39,893 bases of DNA from Patescibacteria group bacterium (GTDB taxonomy: Bacteria; Patescibacteriota; Minisyncoccia; Phycocordibacterales; UBA9973). The notes under the pieces are model-generated. The model made no database searches. It was given only the letters and a program-made list of their open reading frames with translations, and had not been told where the DNA came from. Position 1 is the stretch's first letter, and each line of letters opens with the position of its first letter. The stretch spans positions 1-39,893 of the forward strand of contig JBBTUY010000003.1 in NCBI GenBank assembly GCA_038063515.1. Reading direction: 5' to 3'. Shown here one piece after another: positions 24,814 through 32,266 of this stretch. The translations under genes and the position numbers were made by a program.

Positions 24814-24840
24814 AACCTGTTAGGCAAGACCTAACAGGTT
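24814..24840. repeat. REP-like hairpin, right copy (aaCCTGTTAGGcaagaCCTAACAGGtt)
   Basis: The hairpin stem is 11 bp. Its core is the reverse complement of the left copy. Confidence 0.8.
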
Positions 24841-24855
24841 TAAAAAATGTTAAGT

Positions 24856-25206
24856 TTAAGAAAAAAGGTCTTTATCTGAGACACCATATCCACGCATGAT
24901 TACATATGCTTCATAAAGATCTACTTCAATTGATTTTAAATTTTCTGACGTATTATAAAATATCTTTTTTAGATTTTTAACTTTATCTTGTAATTCTTGA
25001 GCCATTTCAGGATATTCTGATGCAAATTTTATATAATAGGATGCTTTTCTATAACTTTTTCCCATTCCACCAGCAAAATATAAAAAAAAATTACCATATA
25101 CAGGGTAGTCGTGTTCACGTCTACGTATGAATTCTTCAAAACTCAAAATCCCTTCTTTCTTTTCGATGGGGGTTCCAGGTGACGGAGTTGTATTTTCGAT
25201 AGACAT
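24856..25206 (-). CDS. Hypothetical protein
   Basis: The ORF has typical composition. The start was moved to the second ATG (MSIEN) because TATAGT lies exactly 6 nt upstream of it. I recognise no family. Confidence 0.5.
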   Translation of the reverse strand: MSIENTTPSPGTPIEKKEGILSFEEFIRRREHDYPVYGNFFLYFAGGMGKSYRKASYYIKFASEYPEMAQELQDKVKNLKKIFYNTSENLKSIEVDLYEAYVIMRGYGVSDKDLFS

Positions 25207-25256
25207 AAACATACTATATTACAGTAAGAACACTTTGTAAATGGCCTTGCATACAG

Positions 25257-25262
25257 TATAAT
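25257..25262 (+). promoter_or_regulatory. -10 box TATAAT, 6 nt upstream of ATG 25269
   Basis: The motif was read directly. Confidence 0.55.
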
Positions 25263-25268
25263 TGTAGT

Positions 25269-26144
25269 ATGTTTTTATCTGATAAAAAAATAAAAGATTT
25301 AGAAATAAAAGCAAATGAAATACGGCAAAGTATCATCGAGATGCTTTTATCTGCTGGTAGTGGACACACAGCCGGACCACTAGGCATGGCAGACGTATTT
25401 ACTCTTTTTTATTTTCATATTTTAAAACATGATCCAAAGAATCCATCTTGGGAGGAGCGAGATAGGCTCGTACTTTCAAATGGGCATATCTGTCCAGTAC
25501 TCTATGCGAGCATGGCTCACGCTGGATATTTTCCAATTGAAGAATTAAAAACTTTACGAAAATTCGGCACTCGTCTCCAAGGGCATCCACACAGAGAGTA
25601 CCTGCCTTATGTAGAGACTTCTTCAGGTCCGCTTGGTCTTGGTCTTTCTCAGGCTGTAGGTATGGCTTTAGCAGACAGGATAGATAAAAAAGAAAATGAT
25701 AGATTTATATATTGTTTCTTAGGAGATGGTGAACTCGATGAGGGGAATAACTGGGAAGCTATCATGCTTGCTGGTAAAAATAAATTAAGGAATTTAATTG
25801 TGGTAGTAGATAGAAACAACATTCAGATAGATGGATTTACAGAAAACATTATGCCGCTTGAGTTGCTCACGGAGAAATGGAGTGCTTTTAATTTTAATGT
25901 GATAGAAGTAAATGGTCATGATTTTCAAGCCTTAAATCAGGCAGTTGAAGAAGCAAAAGCTGTTTATGAAAAACCAACGGTCATAATAGCTCACACCATC
26001 CCAGGTAAAGGCGTGCATGAATTTGAGAGAGATTATAAATGGCACGGGTATGACCCAAATGTAAAAGAAGCAAAAGAGGATTATACAAATGCATTAAAAG
26101 AATTACGCACATTAGGCGGTAAGATTAAAAGTGAGCATGAATAG
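25269..26144 (+). CDS. tkt: Transketolase, N-terminal (TPP-binding) subunit
   Basis: GHTAGPLGMADV, LSNGH and GDGELDEGNNWEA motifs are present. The split-gene arrangement is completed by the following C-terminal subunit. Confidence 0.9.
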   Translation: MFLSDKKIKDLEIKANEIRQSIIEMLLSAGSGHTAGPLGMADVFTLFYFHILKHDPKNPSWEERDRLVLSNGHICPVLYASMAHAGYFPIEELKTLRKFGTRLQGHPHREYLPYVETSSGPLGLGLSQAVGMALADRIDKKENDRFIYCFLGDGELDEGNNWEAIMLAGKNKLRNLIVVVDRNNIQIDGFTENIMPLELLTEKWSAFNFNVIEVNGHDFQALNQAVEEAKAVYEKPTVIIAHTIPGKGVHEFERDYKWHGYDPNVKEAKEDYTNALKELRTLGGKIKSEHE

Positions 26145-26260
26145 CAATTTTTTAAAAACAAATTTTTAAGGGGTCTCGCGGCTGTCGAGCCGCGAGTTTC
26201 AGGATTTTTTAAGCTTCAAAAAATCTGTACCGGCAAAAATTTAGGTTTTTAAAAAATTGC
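26144..26260. repeat. 117-nt nested inverted-repeat element between the transketolase halves
   Basis: A perfect 16-bp outer inverted repeat, GCAATTTTTTAAAAAC (26144-26159) / GTTTTTAAAAAATTGC (26245-26260), encloses two hairpins. One is GC-rich (ctcgcggc/gccgcgag, 26175-26196) and one AT-rich (26200-26227). Confidence 0.75.
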
Positions 26261-26276
26261 TACCAAATAAAATCAA

Positions 26277-27281
26277 ATGTTAAACCCAAAATTAAAATTA
26301 AATACTAAAATTTTTAATGACGATGTAGAGCAAGTTCCCATACGTAAAGGTTTTGGTGAGGGACTTGTGAAGGCAGGGGAAAATGATACAAATGTTGTGG
26401 CACTTTGTGCCGACCTCACAGAGTCTACCCAGATGATTTTTTTTAAAGATAAATTTCCTGAGAGATTTATAGAAGTAGGAGTAGCGGAGCAGAACTTGGT
26501 AACTGTAGCGTCAGGTATGGCTGCTATGGGTAAAATTCCTTTTTGTTCTTCGTATGCTATGTTTTCTCCTGGGAGAAATTGGGAGCCGATACGTACGACG
26601 ATAGCGTACAATGACAGACCTGTTAAAATAGTGGGCTCCCATGCTGGTATCTCTGTGGGACCAGACGGTGGAACTCATCAAGCCTTAGAAGATATAGCAA
26701 TCATGCGCGTGATACCAAACATGCAAGTTTTCTCACCATGTGACTCAATAGAAGCAAAGAAGGCTACACTTTCTATAGCTAAGATAGGGAAGCCAGCATA
26801 TCTCCGTCTTGCACGTGAAAAGACTCCTATCATTACGACAGAGGAGACACCATTTGAGATAGGGAAAGGGGAGTTGTATTGGATACCAGAGGTGGGTATG
26901 GCTGAAGTGGGTATTATAGTTACAGGAGGACTTATGTATCGTGCATTACTCGCTGCAAAGGAGCTCGAGAAAGAGGGTATTAAGATAAAAGTTTTAAACT
27001 TAGCTTCGATAAAGCCACTTGATACTGAAGCAGTTATAAATCTCGCAAAAGAAACTAAAAAGATCGTCACAGTAGAAGAGCATCAGATAGCAGGAGGTAT
27101 GGGGAGCGCAGTTGCAGAAGTGTTTGCTCAAAATTTCCCAGTGCCCATAGAGTTCATCGGAGTGAAAGACAGGTTTGGTCAGTCTGGTACTCCCGACGAG
27201 CTTATCGAGTATTATGGTATGGGCAAGGATGCTATTAAAGATGCAGTGAAGAGGATACTAAAAAGAAAAGTTACACAATAA
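26277..27281 (+). CDS. tkt: Transketolase, C-terminal (pyrimidine-binding) subunit
   Basis: FIEVGVAEQNLV and the GPDGGTHQALEDIA-type motifs are present, together with the C-terminal domain. Confidence 0.9.
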   Translation: MLNPKLKLNTKIFNDDVEQVPIRKGFGEGLVKAGENDTNVVALCADLTESTQMIFFKDKFPERFIEVGVAEQNLVTVASGMAAMGKIPFCSSYAMFSPGRNWEPIRTTIAYNDRPVKIVGSHAGISVGPDGGTHQALEDIAIMRVIPNMQVFSPCDSIEAKKATLSIAKIGKPAYLRLAREKTPIITTEETPFEIGKGELYWIPEVGMAEVGIIVTGGLMYRALLAAKELEKEGIKIKVLNLASIKPLDTEAVINLAKETKKIVTVEEHQIAGGMGSAVAEVFAQNFPVPIEFIGVKDRFGQSGTPDELIEYYGMGKDAIKDAVKRILKRKVTQ

Positions 27282-27284
27282 TTT

Positions 27285-28235
27285 ATGTTTGAGAATACCC
27301 CATTAAGCAAATCTAATAGTGATAAATTTAGCTTGGTAGACCTTGAAACCCTGCTCGGTGAAACATTGAGATCATTCCAAGAGTCACAAAAATTTGCACA
27401 ATCCATATTAGAAGAACTTAGGGATGTTGATCATATTTTACATGAGAAAATAGGAAATAATTACTTGGGTGGTTTCGGCTTAGGATATCCCTTTTATGCT
27501 GAAACTAAGCATGGTTTTGTAAAAGTGAATGAAATTAGTAATTTTATTGAAGCCAATTTAGTACAAATAAGAAAAGGTATATCCATAGATGGGGGTGGTG
27601 GTTGGACCTGTGTTGATTGTCAAGCACAAAATAATTTACCTGATTTAAGATCTGTGTGTCAAAATTGTAATTTAGTAAATCCAGATATTAAGCCTAGGAA
27701 GGTTCTTAAAATGCTTCCAGATATGGATATGTTAGTTGTTTTAGAAAATGTTAATGAGGAGACACTTTTTGATATACAGATTACGTTAAGTAAACAAAGT
27801 TATATTCAATCTGATATTTCAATAAAAAATGCCTTACAAAATATTAAAGAAGTTTTAAATTCACTAAAAAATGGAGAAAAAACCTCTGCTAAAATACCAA
27901 TTGATATGCATGTCGTTTCTTACGATCAATTTAATGTTGCTTTTAAACAAATAAGTAATGGTAATAAAGCTTTAATTAAAAGTAATGCATTGCATATGAC
28001 TTGGGAAGGTTACGATCTACCATTTTGGTTTGATTTTGTTTTTTCTGCTTATGAACTAGGTCATATGAATGAAGATTTAAAGAAAAAAGTTGTAGAACTT
28101 AGAAAAATCATAAAAGATTATTGGGGTGAAGATCGTATCATAAAAGAATTAAAAGATAATTATCCTAGAGCAAAAAGAATTTTGGATACAAAAGAAATAG
28201 AAATTGCTCTTAGAGAAAAAATAAAACAATGGTAA
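27285..28235 (+). CDS. Pol-beta-superfamily nucleotidyltransferase-like protein with an inserted RanBP2-like zinc ribbon
   Basis: LPDMDMLVVL and IPIDMHVVSYDQF resemble the DxD and third-carboxylate strands of family X polymerases. WTCVDCQAQNNLPDLRSVCQNC fits W-x-C-x2-C-x3-N-xn-C-x2-C. I recognise no characterised family. Confidence 0.5.
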   Translation: MFENTPLSKSNSDKFSLVDLETLLGETLRSFQESQKFAQSILEELRDVDHILHEKIGNNYLGGFGLGYPFYAETKHGFVKVNEISNFIEANLVQIRKGISIDGGGGWTCVDCQAQNNLPDLRSVCQNCNLVNPDIKPRKVLKMLPDMDMLVVLENVNEETLFDIQITLSKQSYIQSDISIKNALQNIKEVLNSLKNGEKTSAKIPIDMHVVSYDQFNVAFKQISNGNKALIKSNALHMTWEGYDLPFWFDFVFSAYELGHMNEDLKKKVVELRKIIKDYWGEDRIIKELKDNYPRAKRILDTKEIEIALREKIKQW

Positions 28236-29164
28236 ATATGAAATATATAGACTTACATACACACACCACATTTTCTGATGGATTGTTTACTCCTATGGAT
28301 CTTTTAGATAAAGCAAAGGAGTATAATTTATCTGTTATATCTATAACTGATCATGATACGCTAGGGGCATATGACAAGTCTGTATTTGACTATGCAGAAA
28401 GTTTAAATATTCAGCTGGTGCCCGGCATAGAATTATCAACACAGGATTCGTCAGGACACAAATATCACATCTTAGGTCTACTGATTGATTTAGAAAATAC
28501 TCACATAAATAATTTGATAAAAGATTTGAAAAGTAAACGTATTTCTTATGCAGAAAAAGTTTGTAGCTTATTGAAAAATGATGGGTGGTCTGTAGATTCA
28601 AATAAATTGATAAAGAATTCAAAAGAAATTATTACTAAAGCTCATATTTCTAGGTCTATTTTATTAGATGTCCATAACCATAAAAAATTAATTAATATTT
28701 TTGGTATTATTCCAAGTGAGGGAAAGTTTACAGAAAAATTTTTAATTAAGGGTGGAGAATACTATATATCTAACCCAGATAAGTTGGATGTAAAAAAAGC
28801 TATAGATATAATTCATCAGGCTGGCGGATTAGCAATTTTAGCTCATCCAGCTTTTAATGTTATGCAGGGGGAAGATTTAGTTGAAATGTGTGATAATTTT
28901 AAGGACATCGGTATAGATGGATTTGAGGCTATAAATATTCAATTTAATAAAAGTAAACATGATGAACGTGTAGATTTAGTAGACTCTTTTTCAAATTATG
29001 CTAAGAAGAATGGTTTAGCAATAACAGGTGGTTCTGATTTCCATCATCAAAGTAGAGACTTGATGGGTAATTTTATTGACCTTGGTTTTAATGGTGATAA
29101 ATATAAAGTGGATGAGTTGATATTAAAGAATCTAAAAAATTTATGTAAAAATAAATTACATTAA
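28229..29164 (+). CDS. PHP-domain metal-dependent phosphoesterase (TrpH/YciV-like)
   Basis: IDLHTHTTFSDG, ISITDHDT, LAHP and GGSDFHH are PHP metal-ligand motifs. The start overlaps the upstream stop, and an alternative ATG at 28238 is also possible. Confidence 0.8.
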   Translation: MVNMKYIDLHTHTTFSDGLFTPMDLLDKAKEYNLSVISITDHDTLGAYDKSVFDYAESLNIQLVPGIELSTQDSSGHKYHILGLLIDLENTHINNLIKDLKSKRISYAEKVCSLLKNDGWSVDSNKLIKNSKEIITKAHISRSILLDVHNHKKLINIFGIIPSEGKFTEKFLIKGGEYYISNPDKLDVKKAIDIIHQAGGLAILAHPAFNVMQGEDLVEMCDNFKDIGIDGFEAINIQFNKSKHDERVDLVDSFSNYAKKNGLAITGGSDFHHQSRDLMGNFIDLGFNGDKYKVDELILKNLKNLCKNKLH

Positions 29165-29166
29165 TT

Positions 29167-30162
29167 TTATATTTTTCTTATTTTAAAACTTTCCGGTGCA
29201 GACTTTAGATATTCTTCAATTTTTTCTTTTGAGAGGAGACCTTTTTGTGCACCTATTTCTTGGACTACTGCCATGGAGTTTATAGATCCCCAAGCAAGTG
29301 CCTCACTAATATTTTTACCTTCTATGAGTGCAGCTACTACAGTAGAAGAAAATGCGTCACCAGCACCAGTACGTTCGACTGGAGCTTTAGGGTCAGGGTA
29401 GGTAGGCATAGCAAAATACTCGTTTCCGTCATATGCATAAGAGCCCTTAGTTCCATCTGTTATGACCGCTATCTTTGGTCCGAGTTCATACATTTTTGTC
29501 AGTAGGTCTTTTACTTCGTCATGCTCTGTAATACCTAAGATAGTTTTAGCTTCTTCTACGTTGCAGAAGAATATATCACTCCTTTTATACACCTTTTTCA
29601 TTTTTTCATAGCCAAGTTTTATCTGAAAGATACCGGGTTGAAATGCGAGTTTTATCTCAGGATTTTTTTCTAGATAGTCTATGATCTCATCTATGTAGGG
29701 GAGAGACTTTTCTCCAAGAGAAGTCAGGTATACCCATTTTGGATTTCCTATGTCTTGTAGTTTGTAAGGAAAGTTAGAATGTTTTTGTAAAATTGTCCTT
29801 TCATCCTCGTACCAGAGTATGTAGTGGTAGTTTGTAGGTTGGTCATTATTTATTGTTATGAATTCTGTAGACACACCATCTTTCTTGAGTGTTTCTAGAC
29901 ATACATCACCATTTCTATCTTTGCCTATGTTTGCGACAAGTGCAGATTTGAGTCCTAGGCGACTTGCTGATACAGAAGCATTAGCAGCATTACCAACAGC
30001 TGGGATTTCTGTGACTGATTCGTAGGGGATCTTGGCTCCGAAAGCCATAGATATCTGACAATTTTCTTTATTTATATCACAATGTACACGAGCATCAGCT
30101 ATTTTAATAAAAGCATCTATAGTGATCTCACCAATAGCTATAAAATCATAATTATTATTCAT
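29167..30162 (-). CDS. PfkB-family carbohydrate/nucleoside kinase
   Basis: The C-terminal TGAGDAFSS ATP-binding signature and N-terminal G(N)AAN-type motif (VGNAANASV) are present. The length is 331 aa. Confidence 0.8.
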   Translation of the reverse strand: MNNNYDFIAIGEITIDAFIKIADARVHCDINKENCQISMAFGAKIPYESVTEIPAVGNAANASVSASRLGLKSALVANIGKDRNGDVCLETLKKDGVSTEFITINNDQPTNYHYILWYEDERTILQKHSNFPYKLQDIGNPKWVYLTSLGEKSLPYIDEIIDYLEKNPEIKLAFQPGIFQIKLGYEKMKKVYKRSDIFFCNVEEAKTILGITEHDEVKDLLTKMYELGPKIAVITDGTKGSYAYDGNEYFAMPTYPDPKAPVERTGAGDAFSSTVVAALIEGKNISEALAWGSINSMAVVQEIGAQKGLLSKEKIEEYLKSAPESFKIRKI

Positions 30163-30168
30163 AATTAC

Positions 30169-30177
30169 ATTATAACA
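30169..30177 (-). promoter_or_regulatory. Extended -10 (TGtTATAAT on the minus strand), 6 nt upstream of ATG 30162
   Basis: The reverse complement of 30163-30177 reads tgttataat-gtaatt followed by ATG. Confidence 0.6.
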
Positions 30178-30220
30178 TATTTTATTTTATGGAGAAAAAA
30201 CTAAGAGGATAGGAAATAAC

Positions 30221-30967
30221 TTAAGATACTTGCTCGACTATTTCTAGTTCTTCTTTTGTATTTATACCTATTGCTTCTTTGTTGTCTATGGTTATTGTAG
30301 CTATGATCTCGTTTTGTTCTGTGGCGAGATGTATGAGGTCTGTGAGATAGTATTCATTTTGAGCATTTTCATTTTTTAATTTACTTAGATTTTCCCATAG
30401 CCACGGACCATTAAATATATAAGTAGTGATATTAACTTCTTTGATACTTTTCTCATTTGTATTCGCATCTTTGTATTCTTTAATACCTAGAATGGTATTA
30501 CCATCTCGAAGTATTCTTCCAAAATTCATGAAGCCCTTTTTCCAGCCTTCAAAGTTCTCTACGATAGTTGTAGTAAAAGTAACTTTAGCTTTTCTATCTG
30601 TATGTGTTTTTATTAGGTTTTTTATTGTTTGAGAAGATATAAAAGGTTGATCTCCGGCAAGTATTAAGACATGTTCCGCATCATCTGCATGTTCTTTTGC
30701 AGACGCGACTGCATGACCTGTACCTAACTGTTCTTTTTGGTATGCGTATACGACAGCATCCCCTAATTCTTGTTTCACTAACTCTGCTTTATGACCTACT
30801 ATTGCCACAGGCTTGCTTGAGGTTATGCCGTGGATAGATTCGAGTACGTGTCGTATCATTGGTCTACCTTTTAGAATAGTCAAAACTTTCGGTATATCAC
30901 TTTCCATTCTTTTGCCTTTTCCAGCTGCAAGTATAAGAATTTTTGTTCTAGATAGCTCTTTTTCCAT
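30221..30967 (-). CDS. Sugar-phosphate nucleotidyltransferase (GlmU N-terminal-domain-like, without the acetyltransferase domain)
   Basis: ILILAAGKGKRM, QLGTGHAV and LAGDQP motifs are present. At 248 aa it has no left-handed beta-helix. Confidence 0.75.
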   Translation of the reverse strand: MEKELSRTKILILAAGKGKRMESDIPKVLTILKGRPMIRHVLESIHGITSSKPVAIVGHKAELVKQELGDAVVYAYQKEQLGTGHAVASAKEHADDAEHVLILAGDQPFISSQTIKNLIKTHTDRKAKVTFTTTIVENFEGWKKGFMNFGRILRDGNTILGIKEYKDANTNEKSIKEVNITTYIFNGPWLWENLSKLKNENAQNEYYLTDLIHLATEQNEIIATITIDNKEAIGINTKEELEIVEQVS

Positions 30968-31093
30968 AGTTTTTTATAATAACACGATTTTAATTTTTGT
31001 AAAGTAGTTTTATTTATATTATAAGTACGGCGTGCATTGACAAAACATCTTTTTTATTATAAGGTGAACGGTATTAAATATAAGTAATATAAT

Positions 31094-32146
31094 ATGGAAA
31101 AATTTATCAATTGGATTTTAATCTTAGTTTTACTAGTAGTTCCACAGGTTGGTTTTACAGCTGAATGTGCTCCTGCGCCTGTTTCTATTATCAGTGATTC
31201 TTCTATAACCGTCGAAGGTGGTGGTACAGCTGTCCCTACACATACAAGTGTACTCTGGACTACTATCTCTGGCGCTATATGGATCTGGGATACAGAATTT
31301 GTTTCAAATCCTAACATAAATGAAGAAGTTACTTTTGTAAAATCTTTTGAGGTAGCAAATACTGTACACAATGCTAATTTAGAGATTGCTGGGGATGATT
31401 TTTATGAAGTTACTTTAAACGGTAGTATTGTTGCGTCAGAATACGGTGAAGGTAATTTTGCAGCTATAAAAACCTTTAACCTAAACAGTAACATACAGTC
31501 TGGAACAAATACTCTAAAAATAAAGATAATAAATGCAAAGTATTTTTTTGACGGACAAGGTACAAGTACAAACAATCCAGGAGGGGTTATTTTTAAAGTT
31601 ACTGTAGATGCTGAGGATTGTTCTAATAGTTCAAATGGTGGTGGATCATCTGGTGGTAATTCTTCAGGAAGTAAGATGAAAGATACTAATGGAGGAAATG
31701 ATACAAATACAACAGGTGGAGCTAGTAATACTCCTTCTAATTCTCTTGCAAAACCTACAAATCCTCTTATTTCAACTATAGCAGCTTTCACTGCTGATAA
31801 TAATACTCCTATAGATGGGGAAGTTCTCGGAGCAGAAGATTTGATGGATAAGATGGATGTTATGGGTAAAGATGAACCTCTCACTGCTCTTGCTCTTCCT
31901 GGCTTCAGTATATTGGGAGAAGTGTATTGTTCTCTTATTGCTTTAGCGATACTTCTTATTTTATACATAATAGGAAGACTTATCTTTACGAATGATGAGG
32001 ATTATAAAAAGAGGATACAGCTTATAATCACAGGCTCACTTATAACTATCATTTTTCTATTCTTATTTAATTATACATGTCTCCTAATACCTCTTATAGT
32101 CTTGTGTGTGATACTTTGTGGCTTAATATATACTAAGAAAATATAA
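31094..32146 (+). CDS. Secreted beta-sandwich-like protein with a Gly/Ser/Asn/Thr linker and C-terminal TM helices
   Basis: A signal peptide (ILILVLLVVPQVGFTAEC) is followed by a domain of about 150 aa, a low-complexity linker (NSSNGGGSSGGNSSGS...) and two C-terminal hydrophobic helices. Confidence 0.55.
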   Translation: MEKFINWILILVLLVVPQVGFTAECAPAPVSIISDSSITVEGGGTAVPTHTSVLWTTISGAIWIWDTEFVSNPNINEEVTFVKSFEVANTVHNANLEIAGDDFYEVTLNGSIVASEYGEGNFAAIKTFNLNSNIQSGTNTLKIKIINAKYFFDGQGTSTNNPGGVIFKVTVDAEDCSNSSNGGGSSGGNSSGSKMKDTNGGNDTNTTGGASNTPSNSLAKPTNPLISTIAAFTADNNTPIDGEVLGAEDLMDKMDVMGKDEPLTALALPGFSILGEVYCSLIALAILLILYIIGRLIFTNDEDYKKRIQLIITGSLITIIFLFLFNYTCLLIPLIVLCVILCGLIYTKKI

Positions 32147-32172
32147 CTATATCGATTTATTTTATTGTTTGC

Positions 32173-32202
32173 AAAAAACAGCTGGTTCGCCAGCTGTTTT
32201 TT
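32173..32202 (+). terminator. Intrinsic (potentially bidirectional) terminator
   Basis: aaaaaa-CAGCTGG-ttcg-CCAGCTG-tttttt: a 7-bp GC-rich stem with a TTCG loop, an A run upstream and a T run downstream. Confidence 0.8.
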
Positions 32203-32266
32203 ATTAATTATACACAAAAATGCTTTGGTATTTAATATAAAAGAGTTATAATTTATATGTTGGCAA

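Larger units (their letters stand above)
24111..24840 (-). mobile_element. RAYT gene bracketed by inverted REP-like hairpins (REPtron-like unit)
   Basis: The transposase CDS lies between two inverted copies of the same 21-nt hairpin core. Confidence 0.6.

Noticed and set aside
31057-31968. Minus-strand ORFs of 104 aa and 188 aa opposite the 31094-32146 gene
   Set aside because: They are shadow ORFs across a Gly/Ser/Thr-rich low-complexity coding region. The plus-strand gene has a signal peptide, domain structure and a terminator.
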